Shown here one piece after another: positions 1 to 12,800 of a DNA stretch of 64,000 bases (the first letter of the stretch is position 1; each line of letters opens with the position of its first letter). Made by a program: the position numbers and the translations under genes. Source of the DNA: Adineta vaga. Its lineage: Eukaryota > Animalia > Rotifera. The notes below the pieces were generated by a model. That model had not been told where the DNA came from. It saw only the letters and a program-made list of their open reading frames with translations, and did not search any database. The DNA lies in assembly GCA_021613535.1 (NCBI GenBank), contig CP075493.1, positions 2,418,001-2,482,000 of the forward strand. Direction: 5' to 3'.

Positions 1-788
1 GATGATAGTTTTCAACTATAAGTATTGATGATCTTTAAACTTCTTATCAATTCAGACTATAATTAACGATACTATTTCTGTACTCATTATTCTTGAGAAA
101 CACTTGAAAAAGACTTAATTCTTCCGTTTATTCAACATCATTTAAGAAAAGTATTTACTGATTAGTTTCGTTGAGTGAATAATAAACTATCGTTTGAAAA
201 CTTTTGTTGTAACTCTTATAGACTTATTGGTCACATCAACACATACTTTATCGATGCTTCAAGAACAGGACAAATATAAAAAAAGAAATCTCAGTCGAAA
301 TCCTTAAAGTCATAACTTCAAAAACAATGTATGACAAACAAGCAATTAATATATATATGTTTTTTTTCTAAGCTCTAGATGATAGCAAATAACGAAACAG
401 AATTTCTTCCATCTTTCTTTTCAAAGTATTGTACAGAGAAATCTCAAATATTTAGATCAGCTATTTGCTAATCTGATTGATTTTGAACAGAGAACGGACA
501 TATGCTCAGAATTTCATATGAATTGTTGATAATTCATTCGTATTCATTAATCTCGAAATGACTTTTATTTTTTTTCTTATCGCATATAAATCGTTCTTGA
601 CACTATTAAAGAAAATATCGTCTCTCATGGGAAACGATTGGAAACGAGATAGTTTACGTGAAGATCTTGATTGAATGAAAATTCGAACCATGATATTTCA
701 ATGTTATCATAAGAGAATAGTTTATTCAAAAGGTCATCTATTAATCTGAATAATTGCAAATAAAGATATAATACAAAGGAAGATCTGT

Positions 789-2452
789 TTAATTTTCTTC
801 ATCTTCATCTTCTGTCATATCAGCCATAATATCTTCCGATTGTTGTAATCCAATAAGTGATTGTTGACTTAGTACTGTATAAGTCGTATCTCCAGCATTT
901 GTCGTCATCTAGAAAAACGAAAATACATGGCATCAAAGATTCTACTCAATAACAATTTACTCGTTGTTTTGTATTTGTAGATGACAGATCATCGAGAATA
1001 TCAATATCCTGGTCGAATTGATTTGTCGTTGTTCGCATTGGTGGTGAAACTGGTGCAGGACGTTTCTTTCCTGTTCGATTCATACCCGTTGTATTTATTG
1101 TATATTGTCGATAGGAAACTAAATCATCTTCATCCATTGTTGATATATTACTACAGAAATATTCTATTGCAAATTCAATTGATTTAACATTCACAATCAT
1201 ACTTAGCACTTGCTTGAGTATTTGAAAAAGTTGGATCAGTTTCACCTTCTCGATTAGCAATTGTTGCAAATACAAAAATACCATCAAAATAAAATTCTTC
1301 GGCATCGAAACAAAATATAATCGGTCTACATAGAGATCAATCGTTTTACTTCAAAGAATAGATTTATTTCGTTACCGTCCACGACTATCGAAAAGTATTG
1401 TCATAGGTAAATTAATAAGATCAGCTAGACCTAATAGAAACTAAACAAAAAACAAGATTCGAACAACAAAATACTCACAACTTCATACTTTAAATTCTCG
1501 TAGACAAAATGTAATATCTGAATTATGTTGAATATCATAACTAACAAATTCTCTTGGCTCGCAAACAACTTGAAAGTTCATACTATACACCACGCTATCA
1601 TCTAAATAGGAGATCATTTTCAGACTTGAGGGTGTTTTTTTCCGTTCGATTATACAAACCATCATGAACAATTTCATCACACTTCTTAATAATAAATTGA
1701 TCTTTCGTTGCACGAATAGTGATTTCATCCCATTTCGCTGGAAAATGTGCCGTTAATTCTTGTAAAGTTTTACTCATAATTGAAACATTATTTTTATATG
1801 ATTGTTTATCAAATCGTGCTTGAAGTTTTTCACAATCAATATAAAAACATGAATGAACTTTAACAATATCTATAAATTACAAATGTCAAACACGATTTCA
1901 AACCATTCGTTGAACTTACTATATCGACAATGAAGTACAAATGATAGATTCGATTTTTGATCATCAAAAACTAATTCAAGTCGTGTTAATTTACTGGATA
2001 GAACAGCATGTACAGCAGACATACATCGCTGAAGAAGAAAGAAAAAAACAGTTCAAATATGGAGAAATCTTCTAATCGAAGATTTACTTTCGCAGAAATT
2101 CGACACTTAATCTTCTCCTTTTGTAACTCATCTTGTGGCCATTCTTGAAAAAATTCTCGATTAAATGTAATACATGAATATGATGAGCGTGATTGATTTG
2201 CTGTTCGAAAACTTAACTAAAATCACAAAGGAAAATCATCGATTTCTATGAGAATATCTTCATTCATTTACACCGTTGGTTTTGTTACTTAATTCAATAT
2301 AAATTTCTTCACCAAGTTTTGTCAAAACTTGTAATGTCTTTCCGAAATCTATTCGGAAAAAAAATGATTTATCTTAATTCGATAAATTTATCCATTCTCT
2401 TACGTCGAACATGTTCCGGTGGAATGACAAAATGAAATTTCTTTTCTGTCAT
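789..2452 (-). CDS. RAD9: Cell-cycle checkpoint clamp protein Rad9 (9-1-1 complex), multi-exon
   Basis: Spliced translation MTEKKFHFVIPPEHVR/FGKTLQVLTKLGEEIYIE../LSFRTANQSRSSYSCITFNREFFQEW...ITFCLREFK matches the Rad9 N-terminus and the ITFCLKE motif; acidic C-terminal tail SEDIMADMTEDEDEEN*. Confidence 0.9.
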
Positions 2453-2574
2453 TATTATCTTAAAAGAAAAAATGAACCATCACTTGTTTGGTGCTCGATT
2501 TTATTTTTATACATAATCATCAAGAAAAGAAAAGAAACTAGCAGGTAGCAAAAAGAAAATGAAGATTTGTTCTA

Positions 2575-2932
2575 TTAAGCAAGTGCTGAAGATTCTTGTC
2601 GACGTTTTGCAACATAAATTCGATTATTCGCACATGCAATACAATACACATATTGATCACCAGAAACTAGAAATATGAATATTAGAAAGAAGACATCGTT
2701 TTGAAATGTAGAATAACATGAACTAACTTGTAAATCGTTTAAATGCTAAATGTTTTGTTGGATGAACACTGACTTTTGCAGCACATAGAACGATTTTATA
2801 TAGTTGACTTGCAACTTGTTCATTATTTTGTAAATCACCATGACTATGTTCAATTGAACCATCTGCATTCAGAATTAAATATCCGACACAATCGGGAACA
2901 TTATCAAAGACTTTATTTATCGATGAACTCAT
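2575..2932 (-). CDS. LAMTOR4: Ragulator complex protein LAMTOR4, 2 exons
   Basis: VPDCVGYLILNADGSIEHSHGDLQNNEQVA...FKRFT / SGDQYVYCIACANNRIYVAKRR resembles LAMTOR4 (IPDQLGYLVL..SSGDLENDE..FKRLSV..RVFVVKRQ); ~100 aa. Confidence 0.9.
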
Positions 2933-3000
2933 CTGAAATAAGAAGAAAGAAAAAGATGTAAGAAATTGATTTTGTTGTACTAGAAATTTGATTTAAAAGA

Positions 3001-4181
3001 TTAGTTAAATGTCATCCAATCACGTATATGAGAATCTGAATGAGTCTGACTTGATGTTAACCATTGCTTTCCATAATCAGGATTCATTAAACCAAGTAAC
3101 CCACCTGTATGTAGAAATAGAATGTTTTTTCCATCACATGCAAAACGTTGATGACGTAATTCTTCATATAAACCCCATAAACATTTGCCTGTATAAACAG
3201 GATCAAAAATAATTCCGGTTTCACCAATGATTTGATGAAGAAAATTAATCTGTTCATCAGTCATACGACCATAACCTAAACCAACATGAGAATCATAGAT
3301 ATTAACAAGCTGATTATTATCAATAAGTTTAGTTAAATGATCAAGTTCTAATTGATGTAAAATAGTTTTAAAATGTGTTTTGAAATAAGTTTCATTGTCT
3401 GATACAGCAAATGCATGAATACGTAAACGATTACCAGTAAAATAATTTGCAAGAGCAAGTCCTTCCATAGTACCGCCACTACTCATCGGTACAACAAGAT
3501 GACCGAGATTAAATTTATCAATCAATGGAATTATTTCATTGAGAAAACAATCAAGATATCCAAATATACCAGTTATATCTGATCTAAATGCAATATTGAA
3601 ATTTGGATAGAGTTCTATAGAACGAACACTGACCCTCCAATTGGTATGGAATAACATTTTTCTTTTCCACCTAATTGATCTTCTAAGACTTCTATTCGTG
3701 GTTCGATATCACGTTGAATATTAGCTTTTTTCGGTATAAGATATAATTTTGCACCTAATAAATAATTGAGAAGTACATTACCTTGTAAAATTTGTTCATC
3801 TTCTTTATTTCGATCCGTTCGAAGTAAGATATGTGCTTGTTTTTGAAATCGTGCTGCAAGAATAGCTACTGCTTTACAATGATTACTATGTAATGAACCG
3901 GCTGTTATTATATGTTCACATTTAGGACGTGAGAGAATATCTGCAAAGAGAAATTCAAGTTTTCGTAGTTTATTTCCACTTGAATAACTATCGAGTTGAT
4001 CATCGCGTTTGATAAATATATTCGATGAAGGAAATAATGATGAATGAAATTTTTCAACAGATGTTTCATGATTGATTAATGATAAACGATATTTTGGAAG
4101 AAATTTGGAATTGATACATTGTTGATCGAATGGAAATGTATAAGATTTGAGAAGAGATGATGGAGATAATCGACGATACAT
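3001..4181 (-). CDS. PLP-dependent D-cysteine desulfhydrase / ACC deaminase-family enzyme, one 50 bp intron (3584-3633)
   Basis: Motifs IKRDD..SGNKLRKLEF (PLP lysine), SNHC, IPIGGS, SSGGT, FDPVYTGK, FLHTGG. A GT-AG intron at 3633-3584 joins ORFs 3615-4181 and 3001-3657 in frame (IPIGG/SDITGIFGY). Confidence 0.9.
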
Positions 4182-4303
4182 TTAAAAAGAAAACAAATGA
4201 AAATATCTGAAAGAATTAGTTTATCTTAAATTCTATTCTCAAAGAGAATAATGATTAAGTTTAGCTCAAGACTGAAATTTCGTATTCTATACTATAAAAT
4301 CAA

Positions 4304-6338
4304 TCATGTTCGTCGAATTTTACTCAAATGAAGACGTAATTGTTCTGCTAATTGTTCTCGTGGAATGGCAAACTAAATAAATATATATTGTGTATAAATA
4401 TAAAACTAAGCATCGTTCAAACCTCTTCTCGAGTGTTGACATTACGAATTTTAACTGTACCATTTTCTAATTCTGTACTTCCAATAATAATACACAATTC
4501 AATTTGATGTTTTTCACAATATTGTAATTGATCAAGTAATTTTGGATTATGTCTATAAGCCATTTCAGTCTATAATTAAATAGATGTTGTCTTTTATGAA
4601 AATATCCCATAACATTTATAATCGAACCTGAAAACCATTTTCCCACAAGTAAGCGCATAATTTCATTCGTTCTTCTAAAAAATTCTTTTCTGCAGATGCA
4701 ACATAAATTTCTGTTGGAAGAATCTTCGATTGAGTCTTTGATAACTACGTTTAAATACAAATATACATATGAAGGAAAAATCATTCATTGCTTACTGATA
4801 ATTGATGTTCTTTAATTGCAAATATTCTTTCAACACCAATACTAACACCTACACATGGTACTCGTTTTTGATTGGGATCAAGTTTTTGCACAAGTTCATC
4901 GTATCTTCCTCCACCAGCAATACTTCCAACAGCGATTTGATCATCACCAAGTTCAGGATTGTATTGATATTCACTTAGAATTGCTTCGAATATCACACCA
5001 GTATAATAATCTAATCCACGAGCTAATTTCAAATCAAATACGATCTAAAAAGAATAGATATGTGTCTGATTGCAATCAAAATAAATAGATTAATTTACTT
5101 TATCTGTTACATTGAATAATTTTAAATAGCGAAAGAGTAATTCAAGATCACGTAAAGCTTCATTTGCAAGTTTTTGAGAAGTTAATTGTGAATCAGTTCG
5201 AAGTCGATCAATCAAATCAACATTACCTTTCAATAAACAATAAAAGATATATATTTTAATCAATGCAAACTAACATACCATTTAGTTGTACATAATTCCA
5301 AATTCTATCCGCTGTTTCAGGAGATAAACCTCGTTCATTAATCATTTCATTTCGAGCTACATCCCATGATATCTATAATAATCATAACTAAAATCAATAA
5401 AATTCAAACTTTCTTACTTTATCAAGTTTATCGATTGTTGAACTAAGGGAACGAAAAAGTTTCTCAGGTACACCACATATTGTAAATATTGCATCAAGTA
5501 ATTTTCGATGATTAATCTAATGTATTTCAAAATAGTACACTTATTAAATCTATTTATCTCAACTTACAAAGATTTTATATTGTCCCAATGAAAGTTTATC
5601 AAGAATTTCAATGATAATTTTCACACATTCAGCATCGGGTATCATCGGATCGTAAACACCAGCAATATCAAAATCACATTGATAAAATTCTCGATATCGA
5701 CCACGTGTCATTTTGGGAATATCACGACGATAAACTTTACCAATATGATAACGTTTCATTGTCAATATTTTATTCTGTGATATATAACGTGCAAATGGAA
5801 CTGTCAAATCATAACGTAAAGCTAATGATTCTTCATTTTCATAATCTTTTATTTCATAGATTAGCTTCGAATCTTCACCATATTTTTCTTTTAACAATGT
5901 CTAAAATCGAATATCTAATAAATATAAAGAGAAAATGAGAATCTATAATACAGTTGATTCCATAACGGGTGTATCGATAGTTGTAGCACCATGTTGTTTA
6001 AAACAATTGATAATTGTACGAAAAACATTTTCACGAATTTTCATTTGATTTGCATGATAATCTCGAGTGCCCTAAATTTGATTTTCATAATCGATATTTC
6101 TTTTTTGAATAAATCAAAACTTACTCGAGGTACTCTAAGTATACTCTTTAAATCATCGTCTCTATTCGTTGTTGATTGTTCTTTTTTTGAACTAAGTAAT
6201 TTCGATACAGTATCATTAATCTAAAATTACACCAAACAAACTCCCGATGATTTTCTATTTATTTCTGATTACCTGACGTGGTCGAGCATGATACAAAACT
6301 TTTCGAGTGTATAAATACGTATGGAAAATCAATCTCAT
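4304..6338 (-). CDS. HARS2: Histidyl-tRNA synthetase, probably the mitochondrial form (basic N-terminal presequence, no complete WHEP domain), multi-exon
   Basis: [74 protein letters not shown]; N-terminus [22 protein letters not shown]. HisRS identity is secure; the mitochondrial assignment is inference. Confidence 0.9.
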
Positions 6339-6856
6339 GTTTCTTTTTTTTCAGAAACAATTTTCCAAATCTTATTTGACAGAAAAAAAGAACAAGTAAT
6401 CGTTTTCTTTTTCTCTTTTCTTACTTAACTGTTTGAATGAAATGAGGTCCATATTTTTTTCTCAATGGATAGTAATAACCAATGAAATGTATTCTCAAAA
6501 CGACGCGTGTACAACGCTGGTGAATACAAGAACGAACGAAAAAAAACGCGCATTGCTATGTAATGAAAACGAACAGAAATATGATACAACATTGAGTTAT
6601 GCTTGATTGAGTTATCAAACCGTTATTTGAAATATTTTTTGTATAATATTGAATTATTTTTCATTTTTAGATCTTCTTGTCAGCGTCTTCTATGTTCGTT
6701 TTGTAGTTAGTCATACCAATATCGATTTTGTCCTTGTCTTACCGTTTGTTGCCTATTATATTGTGATATATTGGCTTAGTGAAGTGAATTTATTCTATTC
6801 AAAACGAATATTGAACGTTGTTTTCATGACAATATTGCAAATCTTAAGTTTATACA
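6339..6856. promoter_or_regulatory. Probable bidirectional promoter region between HisRS (minus) and the giant coiled-coil gene (plus)
   Basis: Head-to-head ATGs ~520 bp apart; local cluster of CG-containing words (gacgcgtgtacaacgc ~6500, aacgcgcatt ~6545) in an otherwise CpG-poor background. Confidence 0.5.
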
Positions 6857-9800
6857 ATGACCTATCAACCAGCAAATCCATTGTCTTTCACAACTAGATC
6901 AAGTTCAAGTTCATCAAATTCAAACGATGATACAGAAAATGTATCAGAACATCTTTCGTCATCAATTCCTTTTATTGATGCATCATCATCATTAGACGAT
7001 TCTGATAGTAAAACTCATGGAAGTCATTCTCTTACTAGACAAATTTCTTTATCAGAAACTGATTTACTCGCATCGATACATCGAAATCAATCTGATCATG
7101 AAATACCTGATGATATACTTTTTCTTGATTGGGATAAAGAACGTAATTTATATCAAGATTATATTAGTTCATTACGTAAAGAAATTCGTGTTCTTCTTCA
7201 AGAACGTGCTGAATATCGGACACAAAAAGCATCATTTACCGATGATCAGATGAAAATTGATTTATTACAAAAATCTTTACATGAGAAAAATTTCGTCATT
7301 GAACAGTTACAAACTGATTCGGAATCATTGAAAGAAAAAAATACAAATTTAATTCGAAAAATATCAACTTTAGAATCGGATACAAAATCATCGATAAATA
7401 TAATTGATGAATTAAAACAAAAAATTACTGATTTAACGATTGATCTACAAAATCATATTTTAATTAAACGTCGGTTAGATATTTCAATTCATAATTTAGA
7501 ATCAGATTGTAAAATTATTGATACTGAAAGAATTAAATTAACAAATGAAATGAAAGAAAATCAACATAATAAACAAGATTTAGAAAAATTATTACAAAAA
7601 GCCAATGTACAAATTGCAGAACAAGGTAATCTAATCGAGATTTTTTTGAATGAATGATCAATTCATAATAATTAATTCTCTAAATTAGTATTATTGATAG
7701 TCGAAGATACGCGTGATCTTGTATTTCGTGAATGAATACGTTTTGTTTTCTTTTTTTCAAAAAAAAAATTAGGTTCAACGATTGAAATGCTTCGTTCGGA
7801 AAATGTTCAAGTTCGTTCTCAACTAGCTACAGTTCAACGTCGAATGTTTCAAGAAAAACAACAAATTATGGATTATTTACGTCAAATTGAAGCTGATCTA
7901 ATTGAAAAAGAACAAATAAAGCAACGTGAAGCTTCATTACAACAAGAATATGAACAATTACAAGTTATTAATAAACAAGATCGAAAAGAAATCGAACAAT
8001 TGAAAAATTTCATTAGTCAAGATCAACAAACAATTGAAGATTTAAAACAACAATGTTCATTGTTATTACACAAAGTTCAAAATGAAGAAAATGAAAAACA
8101 TCAATTAAAATCTCATTTAGATACTTATCAATCCGAAATGAAACAATCAAATGCATATTCACATAAGTCTATCGAATCGATCGATCAGTTGATACCGATC
8201 ATAGACGAACAACATCAAACTCAACTGACTTTAACGTCGAACGATGAATATAATAAACTTCGTGAAGATTTTGATAATATAACTGAAGAATATAAGAAAT
8301 TACAGGAAGATAATCAAGCATGGTTACAATATCAACAAAATCAATTATTAGTGTTACGTGATCGATTGAATTTATCTGATAATGATGGTAATATATCGTT
8401 TGATGATCTTTTACAACAAATTGAAGAGCGTTTCAGTAATATTAAAAATGAATGTGATACATTAGCTAATCGAGTCATTGAATTACAAGGTAAGTTTTCT
8501 CAACGCTAAAAATGTGAAAGAAAAATAACCGCATTTCATTTGTTTAGCAGCAAATATAAATAATAATGATAAGCAAAGATCTGATAATAGAAATGAAGAT
8601 GAAATGCAACAGAATCTCGCAATTTTAACATCTCAATGTACTCAGTTGGAAGAAGCAAATCGTGCATGGCAACAATTTCAACAAACTCAACTAGAAAACT
8701 TTCGTGTTAAACTTAAGCATCGATTTCCTTTGGAAGATAAGATCTCTTTTGATGAAATAGCAGAAATCATTGTTAATCATGTCGATCCAATAAATCGAAA
8801 AGATGTAGCACCATTATCCGAAGACGCATCATTGCATAATCTCACACTAGTTCAATCCGCACCTTCTCACGATGGCGAACGTGACGAGGAACTTCGTCAA
8901 CTTCGAGACAATCTTATTTTACTCACTGCTCAATGTGCACAACTCGATGAAGCTAATCGCGCATGGCCAGCCTATCATCAGACACAACTTCAAACTTTAC
9001 AAAATGAACTTCAACCATATATACCTTTATCTAATGAAGTCACATTTGATCAACTTCCTCAACTCATCCGTGATCAGATTGACAAAGAAAAAGAAGATTT
9101 CGATCAACGTATCAAGCATTGCAAAAACTATATGAGGATTTACAACAAGGTAAGACTTCCTCATTCACTTGAACGTGATCATCTCGTGTTTGTGTTTAGA
9201 ATCATCAACGAATCTAGAAACTATCAAACAATCCTACATCAATACTGTCAATGAACTCACTCAAGAACTATCAGCCTTGAAAGAAGAACTCGACAAACGA
9301 CCTGCACATGATCTCACTCAACAACTCACTGGTAACAATCAGTTTATCGATGGCGTTTTAGATCAATCAAAACAAACATCGAACGAGGTATGTACAATAG
9401 TTTGTGTGTGATATATGTATCTATGTGGTTGATGTATGTTTAGAATGGTGATGAGATCAGTGTTGGAAATGATTGGGAAGATGTTGGCATCGATGTGCCA
9501 GTGTCAGAAACACCGTTGGATGTCTTACGAAATGAACTAGGAGATTGTTGTTTGTCAGTTGATTATAGTGGATCATTCGATGATGTTGTGAGAGAAGTTG
9601 TCAATCAGATTAGAAATGAACGAAAGGAACTGAATGAACGATACGATGCGTTGGAAAAGGTGAATCGTGACATTCGATCAGGTAATTTCTATCAAATACT
9701 CATTGATTTCGTTAATGTTTTGTTCTTTGAAGAATCAGAAGCAAATATGGAATCCATTCGACAATCGTATACGAATACTGTCAATGAATTAAATCAAGAA

Positions 9801-12800
9801 TTGATGGCAATGCAAGAGCAATATGAAAAACTAGATGCAGAAAAACAATCTTTGAATGATCAACTTGAAAATCATTCAATCAATGGTAAGTGTTTAGGAG
9901 CATGCATTTTTAATGAATTGTTTATTTTGTATTATATACTTCTTTATCAGATTGGAATTTTGGTAATCAATCAGTTGAAAAGGTTTGTCAAATCATTAAC
10001 TTTCTGTCAAGATAACTTCGTTGTTTTTCAGACTCAACTTCAAACTACTCTCACAGTTCGAAAGAAAGCTTCATTTGAAGAAATACTTACTTCCATTGAT
10101 TCTTTAACAAAAGAAAATATATTATTGAAACAAAATGAAGACATCCTTCGAAAAGATCTTGAAAATGTCCGTGAACAATTAATGAATATCTCGACTAAAT
10201 GTGAACAATTACAGGAAAATAATAAACAATTACTATTAGAAAAACAGACATTGAATAGTATTGCAGTTGATGGTTTGTTAATTGAATATCATCTTTTTGT
10301 CTATTGTCATTGATTCTCATTTTAGATGATCAATGGAAAGCAGACTATGTTACATTACAAAAGCAATGTACAGAATTAGACATTGCTAATCGAGCTTGGC
10401 AATTATTTCATGATAATCAAATGGAACTTTTAAAAAATAAATTTGAAGATTATTTCAATTTTGATCAGAATGAAAATTTTGAACAAATAATTGAAATCGT
10501 TGCAGATAAACTAGATCAACAAAAACAATTGAACCATTCAATTTCATCAGGTATGATTAATATAAAGTGAGGAAAGATTTTTCTAGACAACTCCTACTAT
10601 ACAGAGCGAAGTTCAAGCATATACTCGAGTTTTACTGCTGAAAAACAGTTCATAATAGTTGATTGGGATCTTTTTTTGGTAAATATAGATGTACAAATCA
10701 ATGCAACTAATATTTCGAATACATCCCATCTTGACTCGCATGGAACTGAATCGATTATGAATCTTCAAGAAGAAATTCATTCATTAGAAGAACAACTAAA
10801 GAATAGTCAATTATCTATTGAAATGTTAACTACAAATATACAATTGATTACAGAAGAAAATATGCTCCTTAAACAACAGAGTAGCGAAATCAAATATAAA
10901 AATGATTTCTTAATTGACCATAACACTGATTTGACTAATCAAGTGAATGCATTACAACAACAACAACAACAAAATGGTAAGTGTATAACTTTTCTTTTAT
11001 AATCATCTATAATATAATTAATGTTTAGTTTCTCCATTATCAACAACTACTCGTCAATCATCGATTGAAGAAGTTAGTTTAATATCATTAACAATTTCTT
11101 CCATATCTATCTATCTATGTATCTTTAATCGTTTTAGCATTCCATACATCACATAACTCCAGTTCATTCTGCAAATAACGAACGAGATACCGAAGAAATC
11201 CAACAGTTACAAACTGATCTTGCTCGTTTAACTGCTCAATGTGGCCAACTAGATGAAGCAAATCGTGCTTGGCAACAATTTCATCAAAATCAAATAGATT
11301 TCTTTCGAGACAAATTCCACGATTGGATTCAAGTAGATCCAAACTCAACTGTGGATCAAATAGGTCAACAAATTCTTGGATATCTTAATGAATTAAATTC
11401 TGGTACATCGCCAATCACACAAAGTGACAGACCGTCAGGTATAAAACTATTTGATACAAAGGAAAGTGTTTGATCCATTTCTTTTTATCTAGATTCATCA
11501 GTTCTTCTTGAGTCATTACAAAAACAATTAGCAAATTATCAATACAACGAATCAATGCTTGCACAAAATCTTGAGCAACTTAATCAAAAACTACTTGATG
11601 TTTATAAACAATGTGAAGAATTTCGAGAACTCAATGCACAATTAATTCAATCGAAACAACATGTAGATAAACAATTGGAAGAACGTGAAAAACAAATCCA
11701 TGAACTACAACAATTAATAAATCAAAAACTTGATTCAACATCAGAAATCGATCATTATGTGGGTGAAAAGAAAGAAACGATCCATCAAAATAGTGCGGAT
11801 CATATTGCTCCGACGAGTCAATATTCAGAAACCGTCGAAACTAATCAGGTGCCTTTATTTGATAGCGTGGCATTTGATCAACAATATCAAGCATTGCAAA
11901 AACTATATGAGGATTTACAACAAGGTAAGACTTCCTCATTCACTTGAACGTGATCATCTCGTGTTTGTGTTTAGAATCATCAACGAATCTAGAAACTATC
12001 AAACAATCCTACATCAATACTGTCAATGAACTCACTCAAGAACTATCAGCCTTGAAAGAAGAACTCGACAAACGACCTGCACATGATCTCACTCAACAAC
12101 TCACTGGTAACAATCAGTTTATCGATGGCGTTTTAGATCAGTCAAAACAAACATCGAACGAGGTATGTACAATAGTTTGTATGTGATATATATATATATC
12201 CACGTGGTTGATGTATGTTTAGAATGGTGATGAGATCAGTGTTGGAAATGATTGGGAAGATGTTGGTGTTGATGTGCCAGTGCCAGAAACACCGTTGGAT
12301 ATCTTACGAAATGAACTAGGAGATTGTTATTTGTCAGTTGATTATAGTGGATCATTCGATGATGTTGTGCGAGAAGTTGTCAATCAGATTAGAAATGAAC
12401 GAAAGGAACTGAATGAACGATACGATGCGTTGGAGAAGGTGAATCGTGACATTCGATTAGGTAATTTTTTATTGTATACCTATCTACTAGTTTGATTGAC
12501 GTTTTGTTCTTTGAAGAATCAGAAACTAATATGGAAGCAATTCGAGAATCATGTTTGAACACAATTAAAGATTTGAATGAAGAATTATTAGATGTCAAAG
12601 AACGTTGTACAGAAATAAATAAAAGAAATAAACAACTTCTCATTGAAATTGAAGATTTAAACAATCAATTGAATGATCGATCGATAATAGTTGGCCATTA
12701 TTCCCCATTAGATATAAATTTGCTTGGACAACAAAATTCAATGAAACCGAAAGAAAAGGTTCGCTTGATTTTCTTTTCGTTTCAATCATTCATTTGTACT

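Noticed and set aside
1-760. ORF 506-691 (-) as a fifth operon gene, or a plus-strand gene end
   Set aside because: Splice-like signals are present on both strands, but I could not build a consistent reading frame or recognise a protein.
3584-3657. Apparent frameshift between the two desulfhydrase ORFs
   Set aside because: Explained by a canonical 50 bp intron.
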